DNA of 64,000 nucleotides from NCBI GenBank assembly GCA_028534125.1, contig CM052816.1:42968001-43032000 (forward strand), in the 5' to 3' direction. The DNA is from Lama glama. Its lineage: Eukaryota. Under the pieces are notes generated by a model. That model was not told where the DNA came from. It saw nothing but the letters and a program-made list of their open reading frames with translations, and did no database searches. The position numbers were made by a program, and so were the translations under genes. How positions within the stretch are numbered: position 1 is the stretch's first letter; every line of letters begins with the position of its first letter. Below are positions 51,406-64,000 of this stretch, one piece after another.

Positions 51406-51479
51406 GACTCAGCTTATGCCTGATTTCTCCTATCCTCTCCCAGTGCTAGGCATATGTAATCTGGATGTAGTAGGTGTCA

Positions 51480-52370
51480 ATACATTTCACAGAAACGGCA
51501 TCAGGAGTGGAGGGATGCTGTCGGAATGCAGCGAGTGAGGGGTGCGTGGAAAGAGGAGGTGAGGACAGGGAAAGTGGCCAAGCAGTTTGGCCCTACACAG
51601 GGGATGAAAGAAAGTGGTGGTGAGAGCCTGAGAACCACGTTGGGATGGGATTATGGGCAGGTTTTTTTCTTTAATGGATATCACCTGAGTGGGTTGACGA
51701 GTCAGAGCCTGTAGAGAGGGAGACGTTGAAGTTAAAGGAGAACAGGTGGGTGATTTATGGGATGAAATTCCCAAGGCCACGGGTCAGGGCGGGTCCCAGA
51801 GACCAGGGAAATGGCAGCGTCGGCAGAAGAGGCGTCCCTTTCTGGTTGTAAGTGGAGGAGACAGCGCGGTGCGGATGCAGGTAGGCTGAGTGGCAGCAAT
51901 TTGAGGGTGCGCCCACCTGTTGGCCTCTGCCTTGTTTTGAAGTGTGTTTAGGATTTGGATACGGGGAGATGGAAGAAAGAATATTACCATAGGCACGGAG
52001 GCGAACAACTACTCTGTGTATTCAAGAAATGGGGTCAGTAGTGGGACTGAAGCCTAGGGTGTTGGGGACAGGGTAGAGAGAAATGAAGCTGCAAAGGAAG
52101 GTGTGGCTGGACTGTCGGGGCTGTGGAGTGTATCTTGGGCAGCAGAGGGACCCCTGGGGGGGCATTTGAGCATGGAGGACAAGGCACGTGAACCCTGGAA
52201 GAGTGAAGTTGGCAACAGAGGCTGGCAGCCACACAGGGCCACAACCGTCCCGTGAGAGCCGGAAGCTGGGCAATTGACTGACCCTGGGGGTGGAAGCTGG
52301 AAAGATTTATGAGAGCAGGGATGTGGCTGAATCTTCTGGGAAAGGGAGAGTGAAAGGAATGAATCACGGC
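51480..52370 (-). mobile_element. L2-like internal fragment (purine-rich)
   Basis: gagcctgtagagagggagacgttgaag...; gggtcagtagtgggactgaag...; antisense L2 ORF-region composition. Confidence 0.5.
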
Positions 52371-55300
52371 ATATTTTCCCCTTTACTTAGGTCTTTGATT
52401 TTTCCTGTTTCTTTTCAGAAATGGTTTTATTGAAAAGTTTTTTTTAGGGGGGAGGGCAAAGGAAGGCTGAACTGTATATTTGCATTTATGCAAAATGGTT
52501 GAGGGTGCCAGGCTCTTGAGTGTCCAGTTATCACATACTTACCAGAATAGCTTATATTCTTTATAGTTATTTTGGATTATTTCTGAGGAAAATAGTTCTT
52601 TTCTCTGCAGCATTAGGCACTGAAAGTAGTGAGTGTTAATGGAGCAAAAGAAAGGGCAAAACATATGTTTGTGAGTTAAAAAAAAAGATAAAACAAGAAA
52701 ATCTCCTGTGTATATCTGTTACATAGATTTTTAAGGTGCTTAATGTCAGAGTGGCTAAATATTTGGAGAAGTAGTTATAATGAAAGGGTTTGGAGTCCTC
52801 TTGGCAATTTTCAGTCTTAAGGCATTGTGCTTCACATGTGTTAAAATATGCAGTCTTTCTCAGATGCAAGGTAGATCCATGCATGACAGGATCAGTTTCT
52901 GAAAGTTGCAACTAGATACTGTCTCCAAATAGAAACAGTATTCCTTTTAGGCCTTTAAGCCATATCTAACTCCTGTTTTTTTTTTTGTTTTTTTTTTTTA
53001 CTGAAATGTAAGATAGCTTTTGATAAAAGAACAATTCGGCATTTCTATAGTTACCTTTGAATAGTATTTTCACCATACCCAACTAGAAGTCTGAGGGTTT
53101 TCCAAAATCTCTTTTGAAATGGGAATAGATTTTGGAGATAAGTTCTATGTCAATACAGAGTTGTTGCCAAACCGCATGCTCCCTGGAGTTTGAAACACCC
53201 TGAATCAGCATGGCCCACTGTCTCCTGGCTCAGAGCAGTCACTGACTCCACCTCCCCCCTTCTTTCTTTGCCTCCCTCAACTTTTAAAAGGAAGCTGGAG
53301 GCGAGAGGAGTGGGGTCCAGCTGAGATTGTGATCTCCCCTGGTCCTCTCTGGCCTTGCATATATGCCACTTCAACTCAACAGTTTTCAAGCAGAAAAACA
53401 TTGACTTAACCACTTTGGGCATCACCTCAGCCCCTCTCTGCTCCCTTCAGCCTCCTAGGTAGCATTCATTTACTCTAGACTCAGGCTGGTGCTTTTGTGA
53501 CTTCCTGGCTGGGTCTCCCGGAACCAGCCAAAGCATCCGAGGGACTTAAGGGAACATTCAGAGATGGGAGGGAGACCTAGTTTCCCAGACCCTACGCCCT
53601 CCACCTCTTTTCAAGGAAGATGGGGCTTTGTAAAGTGTCCTTATATCTCTTCCTCTATCTGACATGTTCACTTTCTCTAACTTCATCGTTTTTCTTCCTG
53701 GGTATGTGCCAGAATATGAGGAAGAACTGTGTGGACCTTGGCAGGAGAGAATCTTTGTGTGTCTTGGAGGAACAGCTGTGGTTAGTGTCCTTACCTCACC
53801 TGGTACCTGTTACCCACAGGACTACCCAGCTGGTGTTTTACTTGGGTCTGGGCTTTTCATTCTCTGCCCTCCTGCTACTTGCCTTTCTGCTATCTCACTT
53901 CTTTTTCTTTCTGGGAACAAGGGCAGAGAGGGAGAAAAAAAAAGGAAAGGCAGGATTTTTTTTTTTTTGATTAGCGGCTTTCATAATTTTTTCTCACAGT
54001 GAAATTTAAATAATTGGCTCCTATCATGTTTTGACATTTTGTGTTGCTCTGACAAATGCTATACACACACACACACAATTATACCTTCATCTAGTGTGGT
54101 TTATACACATACTTGTTCTTTCACATATTTCATATTTCCCACTGGAGCCAAAGGTAAGCAGAAGAACTCCCTAAATTCTCCCCCTTAGATTTAATCTGAT
54201 AATACTAAATTTCAGTGTTAACATAGTCTTTACAGATGGTCTAAGTTCATTTAGTCTGAGTGGCTGTACAATAACCAGCTCAGCCAAAGGGAAAACCAAT
54301 TAGAAGACAGTTTTTGTCATTTACTATGAGATGTGTTCTACGGAGGGAAGGAGTAATCTTGCTTTGAACTTGAACTAGTGTATAAAGAATACCTTTTCTT
54401 CAGTAGAATAATCATTCTTCTGTAACTATCCATCTTATTTAAGGCCACCATGGAAGAGAGGTCACTGAATTATTTCCTTAATCTTTTGAAACCTAGATGT
54501 TACAGTAACTAAGATCTATCCTTCGTATTTTCCAGCTTGGCCTGGCTTTACTGTCACTAAGTACAAAAAATGGGGAGGCATTTAGTGCACCTCTTTATTG
54601 AGACAGTTCGTCTTTTAATTAGAGAAGGGCCATAAGATGCATTCTCATAATCACAGGAAGCTCATTTTTGGAAATCACCTGAAAAAAAGAGAGTTGGCGA
54701 GTAACTGAATTAGGAACAAACGAATCTGGGACTGCAGAGCCTTTGTGTTGACGGCTGAAAGAATGGTCTATTTTCTGTTAATGTTGCTAATGATTCTCAG
54801 TCGCTCTTTTTATAACAGAGTCCTCTTAATTGTGTCTGGATTGCATTTTGAGTGGTATAAGTGTCCATTTTATATTTTAAAGTTTACTTTTTAATTTCTA
54901 GGCATATAAGTCTAATGTGAGTTTCCAGCAGCTACACAAATTTTGTATTTGATGCTAGAAATTTGTACTAGTTTTGTGTGAACTTGTTTTGTGTAAGTGT
55001 CTGTGACCTTCTTTCTAGTGGTATCTATTGTGGTAGGGCTTGGCCTTCACTCCTCTACCTTTGAATTTAATTTTTGTTAAATCTCAATACCCTCTAAGAG
55101 CTCCTTGATTGCTAGGTAAAGATATAGCTACAACTTTTGCATGTCACACTTGATTGAAAAAAATTCTTCCTCACTTGGTATCCCACTGTATCATCATTTT
55201 AATTTCTGTTTTTGATCTTATTACAGGGAACATGTTGTAAGTAACAAGACCCTTATAATTATGTATTCTCTATGTTCTACAGTCTCCTCTCATTTCTGTT

Positions 55301-56194
55301 ATTAATGCTCTCTTGTTCTATGAATACATGATAGTAGTGGAAGGAGATAAAGTAGATCTCTCTGCTAGGCATTCTTTACATGGTATCTTAAATGTTACAG
55401 ATTATGTGCATAATTTTAATTTAAACCTCAGCAGTTTTGACAGAGAGGTATTGTTGTATATGCAGTTATTTATAACATATATTATAGTTGTATTTTACAT
55501 AGGGGAAATTCTTAGAGAGGCTTGTCTAAGTAATTTCTCTGCAGTCCTGGTTCTGTCCATAGTAAGTGGCACCGTTTGGGTAACAAACATCTGATTTCTG
55601 CCAGGGCCATAGTTGCCAGGATATTCACTGCTCCACCAGTTAGTGAGGCTGCATCAGTACACCCGTGCCAAGTGCGTGACTGGTGCCCAAACCAGTGATT
55701 CGTGGTTGAGTCTGGTATTCCTTCAACACCAGCCCTGCCAATGGGTTTGAGTCTCACCATTGTTTTGGAGAGACAGCTGGAGGAATTTGCCATTATTAGT
55801 TTTAGAAAAGTATCTAGAAAGATATAGTGAGTGGGTGTGGGATAGTTTGTTTATTTGTGGGTCCGGTTCCAGGAGCTCATCAGTGAATATTTTTCACATC
55901 GTTCTTGTGAGTTCTGTACATGTATCTTGACTTCCAATCATGTCGTTAAACTCCTGTGAAAAATATAGCTGTGCGTTCTGCAATTAGGTGTAAGTGTTAG
56001 GCTGTCTGGACTGGAAAACAAATTGTCTTCAAAGCATCTGGTTGTTTGTGAATGTGCCCGTGTTAGGTTTACTCCTTTAAAAAGGAAGAGGCAAGATCGT
56101 TCTTGCCTAATGGTATGACCAATGGAATTGGTACAATTGCTAATGTTTCTTGGTAATAATAACAACAGCACTAAAATTTTAGTCTTGTGCAACT

Positions 56195-56400
56195 CACGGT
56201 CTTAAGTGCTTCACAGGCATTAGTTCATAATCTTTGTGACAACTAGGAGCAAGAATTCTTAGCCTCATTTTATAGATGGATCACTGGAGGCTCAGAAAGG
56301 GTGAAGAAAGTGCTCAAGGTCACACAGTTGGTAGGTGGCAGGGCTGGGATTTAGTACCTAAGTGGCTGGCTCCAAATCTCATGACTTCAGTTACCATGTT
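56195..56400 (-). mobile_element. MIR SINE
   Basis: cctcattttatagatgg...gaggctcagaaagggtgaag...caaggtcacacag...ggcagggctgggattt. Confidence 0.85.
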
Positions 56401-56617
56401 ACATGACGTTCCTCAGTTCTGAAGAACTGCTACATCTGCTCCTGAGTATTGTCATATAGCTCTTCTCCAGGTGTCCTGGAATAGGGAAAAGATTTGGTTA
56501 AAATGTTCTATGTACTGAACCAGCCCCGTATATGTGTGTGTGTCGTTGGAAGATCTCCTTCCAATCCAATACCAATTATTTTGGTAACTCACCTCTCCTT
56601 TTTTCTCTATCCCTTCC

Positions 56618-57140
56618 TCATTTATTTATTAAATATTTCCTCTGTGGTAGACATGGTATCTTGTTAATATCTTGGTAAAGAAGAGAGACCAATTCCTGCT
56701 CCCATAGACCTTATGATCTAGTAGAAGAAACGTTCATTAAATTAAAAGAATACACAAGTAATTATCAATTACAGTCATGATAACTCATTCAGAGGAGGAC
56801 AGTGATGAACTGACCTACAGGAATGAATTGCAAAAGTTCTCAACCTAATCATGCAGGAAGGAGAGGGACAGGGAAGGTTTTCCTGAAGAAGTGACGCATA
56901 GGATGAAATGCAGAGAATGGACAGAAGTTGGCCAGATTTTCAGGAGAAGAGGAAGTAAGGGATGTAGCAGATAGTTGCGGGCAGAGGAAACCACAGCACA
57001 AGGCGCTGAGAGAAAGGTTGCCTGGACATTGGAATTTAGTCAATAAGAGGGAAAGTGAGAGGGGATGGGTCTGGAATGGTTCGCAGGGGCTAGATTATAC
57101 AGGACTTTGTGGGCCACGGGGAGATTTTGGACTTTAAGTA
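56618..57140 (-). mobile_element. L2 3' fragment
   Basis: tcatttatttattaaatattt...cctgctcccatagacctta...cagggaaggttttcctgaagaagtgac...gattttggacttta. Confidence 0.75.
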
Positions 57141-57279
57141 CTGAAGCAGTCTTGAGAGCCCAGATTCTTGGCCATGAAGAGGAGACTCACCTTTGGAAAA
57201 GTTCTTGCCGTTGGTCTGGGGGAGTAGCTTTCCTTCATGGCTGTGTGTGTGGAACTACACTGAGCTCATAGTTTGTTTT

Positions 57280-57409
57280 TTTTTTTAACATTTTTTATTG
57301 ATTTATAATCATTTTACAATGTTGTGTCAAATTCCAGTGTTCAGCACAATTTTTCAGTCATTCATGGACATATACACACTCATTGTCACATTTTTTTTCT
57401 CTGATTTAT
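57280..57409 (-). mobile_element. Young, heavily 5'-truncated camelid-type L1 insertion
   Basis: Poly-T then aacattttttattgatttataatcattttacaatgttgtgtcaaattccagtgttcagcac; flanked by tcatagtt(t)gttttt duplication. Confidence 0.8.
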
Positions 57410-59964
57410 CATAGTTGTTTTTTTTGTAAAGAGAGAAGTAAGTTGGGACTACCTTCCTCTACTAAGATAAAGGTATTTTTTAAATGTCTATAAGAAATAA
57501 GAAATGCCTAGTGGGTGAAAATATTTTTCCCCCTGTAAAAACATGTCATTTCATTCTCCCTCTTGCTTTTTTATTGAGCACTATTGGAAGGTAAATGAAG
57601 GCAGGAAATGCAGTCTAATCTTCTCCTTTCAGTGCTCAGGGGAGAGATTTTCATTTACTGTACTTTTCAGAGCTTAGAAAGAGAGAGAAATGAGATAAAG
57701 CCTGGTGATCCAGGTGTTACAGCTGTAAATTATGGAGAACATATTTTTAATGAGCTTCCAATTTTTTTCCTGAAGTTAGGGTGAGGAAAAAAATGAAGAA
57801 CTTTGGAAAGGAGTTCTGTACAGAAGTGTATGTTTAAAAGTCTGTATTTGTTAACATAATTGTGGGGTGATTAGGAAGACAGCATATTGAACATGATGAA
57901 GGAGATCTGTTTTATATTTTCTTATATATATTTTTAAGGTATAAAAATCTAAGTTTCATATTTTCATGTACAGCCAATATTCACATTTAGGAAACATTTG
58001 CGGAAGTGCCTAAGCAAGAAGGAAAGCTTAAAGTGTCTAAAAGCCCGCCGTTACATTTGTTATCCAAAGTTATAGTAGGGAAGGAAAGAAAATGTAAAAA
58101 TTCCTCATTGAGACTGTAATCTGTCAAACTTTAATCACACCTGACATAGCAGCTTCAGGCAGCCTACCTGTCACTCTGAGAGCTTAGGATATGGATTCTA
58201 GCATACCTAGCAAGTGTGAGTGCTCAGAAATTGAACCAAACCCTGCCCAAGTTAGGCCTGCCAATCTGTGCTTTGACTTCCCCAGCCAACTACGGCCATG
58301 ACCAACACTGGGCAATATGGCTGCCCTGAGCACCCAGGCATTACTGCCATCCAGAGTAGGAAAGAGCATTTAGTAAAAACCCTCAATGACATAAACCATG
58401 CCCAAGTCAAACAAGTATCAAGAACCTACATATTCTTTATCTGCAATAATGGAAAAATGTAACCTGGTTTCTTTCTTTCTTTCTTTCTTTTTGATTCTTA
58501 CGTAACATTTTACTTGGAGTCACAACCAAATAAACACCAAAGGAATTTAATATTCTCATTCTTTTTGAGGATAATAAACCTTTTGCAGAAACTAATGAAA
58601 GTTGTGGTATAGTTCTTTTCATAAAGAAACACAAATGTACACAAAATAATATTGTGCATTCACCTTCAAGCAAGGTAGTCCATGATTTCCAGTCCATGGA
58701 CTCCAGAATCCTCAATTAGTACCCTTGGGTTAAAAGGAAGACTCAGAAATAAGATGGTCCTAACAGCACTACAAAAGCAAAACAAAACTTACGTCTCTGA
58801 ATTTTCAGCCATGACCTTGTGTATTTATTTATCTCAGAACCTTGCAGAGTGCACGGACTGATTCTTAGAAGGAAAGAGCTATAGACTGGGCCTCCTAGGG
58901 AGAGGTGCAGACACTCCCAGAAATGTTAGTCATGTCCTGCAGCATTTACTTAAGAGACCAGCAGATGGTTAGAGTCCTAATTTGGTCACAGTTGGAGTTT
59001 CTTGTTAATATTGAGTTCCGTTTTCTGGAAGTCAATTTCTATTCCCTTGTATGGAGAATCTCCTTCGGGACTGAATCCTGAGAATGCAGGATTCCTTTAT
59101 CAGAGAATGTGATAGTGAATGGGAACTTCCTCCAATTATCCTCCTCAGTGGTCTGTATTTGCTGACTATGGGCTACATTCACAGGGTTCTGTTCTAGATT
59201 CTGGACATCCAAGCCCCTGCACTCCAGAGATTTTTCTTCTTAGTTGGGGAGGAAAAGGATAAGTGTCACTACCAGATAGCATACATAGCCCTCTTGTTAA
59301 GTAAATAAAACCATGGGAATTCCTTTTCTCAGGAGGTAGGTACAGAGGCTTAATTACTTCACTATAACAGCTGTTGGGACAGTTGGTCTGCTTTGTAAAT
59401 AGACTTCTGTCCTGTCAGCTCTCCCTCCTCATTTTCTCTCAATGATTCCATGACCATCTTTTAGAAACAGATGTGCTAAAAAAAAAGTAGAAGCCCACAG
59501 TCGGGAGTTATTTTGAAGAAAGAGCTTTGCTCACATGAGAGGGCAGTTCTCAAACCTAAGAGGTGGGTGATTCAGAGGGATGTGGATCTGCGCTGTGTGC
59601 ACTGAGCCTTGAGACTGAAGTACAGTTACACCCCCTTTAAAATAAACAAGCCAACCACAGGCCTAACTCAGCGCTCCTTGCCTGGAAGCCTGATGGTCCA
59701 CTTGGGGCAGGGACCTTTGAGAAGGAAGACGGATGGAGCTGGGGGTGGAATGTGAGTGCTTGTTGAAGAATGATGCTCGGGGCTGGATGTACCAGGAACC
59801 AGGAGACTGGGCTGCTGCTCGGACTGGGTCCCGCTGGGTGGGCCAGGCTTGGGTGCTGATCCACACCATGGTCCCTGTCATAATAATTAGAGGAGAGATG
59901 GGTAGGAATGGAGATGTCTAATGAGATAGGTGGAGCCCAGACATCAAGGATGTCTTATTCAGGA

Positions 59965-60430
59965 CTCTTGCCTGTGTCAGGAGCTCAACTCTTCCTGATT
60001 TGGCTTCAGAAGAGAGCAGATTGGCTCATACCTGGCAAAGCCCCAGGGCAGCCTGGGTCCAGAGCTTCAAACAGGGCCATGGGGTTTCTCTGTCTCTGCC
60101 CCTCCAGCCTTCTTTGTTTTCTTCCCTCAAAATTACTTGGCTTTGGACACCTTCTCTCTCAGGTAGGTCTCTCTACTTGGTGGCCCCCTGCAGCTCTTGG
60201 CATCTGTCTTTCTCACAGTTCTTGGGAGTGTCTCATTGGAATGATTCAGATCCTCACCTTACCCACTGTGACAGGTAGATGAGGGGCTTGGCCAGGTCAC
60301 ATGTGTATCCTTGGTGCCCAGGAGCAAGGAGCATCCAACCTAAACAATGTGGACTGAGAGTGGGAGGCAGGTGGGTTCTCAAAGACAAACCAGTTTTGCT
60401 ATGAGCGGGCAAAAATTTCCAATGTTCACC
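59965..60430. mobile_element. Old MaLR LTR (MLT1K/L-like)
   Basis: caggtaggtctctct...tggccccctgcagctc...tctcattgg...ggccaggtcacatgtg. Confidence 0.5.
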
Positions 60431-63400
60431 TGGGTTTGGTCAATAATCAGCCATTGGGAAGATGAGTGATCAGCCATACAGAAAATCTCTGAGCAGCTGG
60501 ACCCAGCTACTGGCCTGGAACAGAGTGCCCACTCAGATTCTGCAGAGGGATACTGTTTTTCTTCTGCTTTTAATATAAAATGAGCAGAGTATAGAATAAA
60601 AAAACTATGGCATTGAGAGAAATGCCTTTCTTTCTGAATGGGTTATACTGTTTGTAAAGCCATAGTAACAAGATGACTAGTTTTAACATCAGCTGTGCTG
60701 TATATTCTAGCACCTGAGTTAACCTAAAGGGTATCTCATTTATTGAGTCCTAGAATGTTGGAAAAGGACCTATAAAACAGACTTCACGTAAATAGTTATT
60801 GGTACTTCGGAGATGAGTAAACTGAAGAAGTTAAGATAATGTCCTATTCTCCCTTTCTCAAAGCCCAGAATACAAGCACTTCTTGATCCACACCCCAGTT
60901 AGAAGCAGTTCCATTTATACAAACATGCTTTAGTAGTATTTAGCCATCCTTGCCTCAGTTTCTCCTACTTTCCCTCCCATCACACACTGGAGGTTTTGCC
61001 TCTAGAGGTTTCAGCACAAAGGAAGAGTGTAAAAGAACAGAGCAAAAGAATGGGCTAGGTGAACTGTCTGCCCCTGGGGGAGGGACCAGACTGGCTGACT
61101 TTGCCAAGCGAGAGAGAGGACCAGGTAGACTGTCATCCAGAGCTCAGTAAGACACAACCTCTCCAAACCCCGTATTTCTCTTCTACTGGCTGATGATGGT
61201 AAGAGGGTCCAGTGAAGCTGTGTTAGTAAACACAGCATGCTGTAAATGCTCAATATATACTAATTATCCTCCTGTGGTTCCCCTCCCCCATCACTGCTAT
61301 TAGACTGTTATTCTTCAGGCTTCACAAGTATTTTCTTTAAAAGTTATACCAGTGTCTTTTGGAGCCTTAAGGAATGATCATTTACATGCTAGCATGAATT
61401 AATTCAGTTAGATTCTTTCCTCCTGGGTAGAAAACTGTAAAAACTTGAATAGGGGGTGGAGTTGGTGGGGTGGCAGTGAGTTAGCGCAATCTGTAGACTC
61501 TATGGCAGTGATCTGGGTCTGGGGCGGGGGGAGTGGGGTGGTGTACTTCAGGACTTAGTATTGGATGCTAAGAGGCTAGAAAATAGGGGCTTTGAGTGGC
61601 AGTGCGTGGGAAGGGAGAATGCTAGCCAAAGACTTCCTCTAATCCAGGACTTGGCTACAGAAGGGCTCTGGATCTCGCAAGGGAATGGGAAACTACTGTG
61701 CTTTCCTCCCGTTGTTCATAATTTCTTGCTCCCAGAACTTAGGGTGGAACTGCTGGTATCATGTTAGGAAGTCTCGTTGGGAAACCAGCCCCCATTTATG
61801 ACATTGCTTCTCTGAGCTAGTAAACAGCTTTCTAGCAAACTTCTGAAACTTCACTTGTTCAGGAAGCTAGGCGTTGCCTGAACTTGACAGATAATATTTT
61901 CAGAATGATTAGCCTTCCTACACTTGTGAATTTTCCTTCACCACATCTTAAGTGGAACGTCTCAGAAAGGGTCACTTTTAGTTATTTCCTTTGCTTAATA
62001 TTTGCCTTACAAATAGTAGGTACTCCACAAATTTGAAATCAAATTGAATAATGATATATACTTTTCCCACTAATTGAAGAAAAACTTTTAATTTTTAAAG
62101 TGCTAGGAGATTAATTAGTGATAGATGGTATGGTATGGCATAAATGAACATTACTTTTTAATTAAATATTGAATAATTTCTGACATTTATTGAGTAGTTT
62201 TGCTCACTCATTTTATTAGAAGAGTATCTCAAGGAACTGATTAGCCATATATTTTTAAAAAAATATTCAACATTATCTTTTTTAATTTCCTAATATATGT
62301 ATAATAATGAAACTTTGTCAAAACATTTCATAAATCCCAAACTCTGTCTTGAAAGAAAGGATTTAGTCAATATGTTTGAAATCTTCAGACTCAGGATAAT
62401 TATATAAAGCCTGAAAAAAACAGATAAACCCAACCTAGAAAGTTGAATGCAAATTTTTGTTTTCAAAATTATAAGTTTTTCAGTTAAGCTATTTTTATCC
62501 TCCTGAGAAAATCCCACATTGCTACACCCATATTTACAGGGATAGTTTCTCAAGGTTAAATAGACAATAATGTCAGTTCCTCAAATATAGATGTTCTGAT
62601 TGATTCCTAATCTTTCTAAGCACACAGCTGTCCGCAGAGTCCTCTCTCAGATTTTTGTGCTGAGAACTGATACAGGCATCTTAATTTCATTGTTGATAAT
62701 ATTTATATTATACCTTATATTTTATATTATTTATATTTCTGTTTTTATGTGTAATTTTATTTCACATCCTAAAAATTAGCATAATGCTTAAAAATAATAA
62801 TGCTTTGATACCTTTTAAAGGAATTTGCAGACTGCCTTCCTAGGCACTGGGCTGGGAGTGGCATGTAGGTGTGCCTAATTTCCTCACCCATTTCACATGC
62901 AAAATGAACTATGTGCTCTCAGAAGTCTCCCTGATTAAAAATGTCTGTGGATTGTAGATTTCATTTTCAAAGGCTTGATTCCCTTAAGATCTACTGGTGA
63001 GAGTAAATGAGCAGGCAAAGACTTACTGAGGACAGATCCATGGTGAAAACTGATGCTAGACCCAGATCCCCTCCTCTGGTGATGTGTCCATCCCTAGGCA
63101 GCTAAGGCAATAGACTGTGATGGTCTCACAGCTGTGTCCCTCACCCGTGTTGCCTGCGGCCACAGGAAACTGCTTTTCCCAAGGTTGTCCCCCTCTAATG
63201 GGGCATTTGGAGGCAATGACTGCTTGCTGAGAGGATATAAAGGTCCAGCCCTTCTGCCCCAGTTTGGGACATCTCTGCAGTCCCAGCCCCAGGGCTTCCT
63301 GTAGTACCATGAGTCCTCCATTGAAACCACGTTGTGGGTTACCTTCCTCCTCTGCTCAGTCCTGACCCCCTCACTTCCTTACAGGTGTGTCTCCCTGGGC

Positions 63401-64000
63401 ATCCCTCTCACCGTAATAAACCATCTATTCGCAGCTTTCCATTGTAGAGAACATTTCCAAGGAACTCAGTCTGACAGATACTATTGTTGAATTTCTTGAA
63501 GTGATCTCTAAGTTTTAGGAAAAAACAATTAGATGTCATGGAAACAATGGCAACAGTTTTGGAGAGCTTGGTGACACATGGAGATTTTGAAGACAATCAA
63601 GGGAAGTTTTGCTGGTGGGGTTATACTCAGGTTTAAAACAACATTGATGGGAGGATGAAGGAGCACAGAAATGCCAGAGGAGATGGGCGTTAGGTGGCAC
63701 TAGAGGACAGTGAAGTTAAACTGAGATGGAAAATACTACAAAAAATCATTTATGATAGATTAAAAATGTCAAGTATTTAAATAAAACTAAATAAAAAATC
63801 AGCAAATGATAATGTAGTGAGGAATTTTTTTTAGCTACAAAATCACATCATGTCCTGGAGATTCAAGTGCTACAGAAAATTAGTATAAAAGTGCTTACTG
63901 CTTATTATTCATATACCATTTCATTGCAAAAACCAGGAAACTGTTTTTAGCTGTCAAATGTAAGAATTCTGTGATTTAGGTGTTCCTTTATTATATATCA

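Larger units (their letters stand above)
44133..64000 (+). other. MCTP1: MCTP1 intron 1 (partial)
   Basis: Begins at the GTGAGT donor. No further MCTP1-like coding sequence is recognisable; repeat-rich non-coding DNA follows. Confidence 0.8.

Noticed and set aside
60176..60196. Second CTCF-like motif (minus strand gctgcagggggccac)
   Set aside because: Weaker match, lies inside an old MaLR LTR, no supporting upstream module.

Overview
This is mammalian genomic DNA. It is almost certainly camelid (alpaca/camel type), inferred from tRNA-derived Vic-type SINEs and cetartiodactyl/camelid-type L1 3' ends. The only real protein-coding sequence is the first coding exon of MCTP1 on the + strand (ATG 43410, phase-0 donor after 44132), inside a ~1.7 kb CpG island. 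About 43 kb upstream is intergenic and the last ~20 kb is MCTP1 intron 1. A decayed RPL13A processed pseudogene (- strand, ~7752-8856) sits inside an MLT1 LTR; it derives from the long, distal-polyA 3'UTR isoform and has a ~90-nt internal deletion. Most of the remainder is ordinary interspersed repeat (MIR, L2, L1, MaLR/ERV LTRs, hAT MITEs) and microsatellite. I found no convincing new biological system. The best leads are the retrocopy architecture, an open in-frame 5' extension plus CGG repeat in the MCTP1 leader, a candidate CTCF site with its upstream module, a MER53 (miR-1302-type) hairpin near the promoter, a CpG-retaining intronic L2 and an unidentified 3'UTR-like insert. Gene and repeat names come from recalled sequences, not database searches, and repeat boundaries are approximate.
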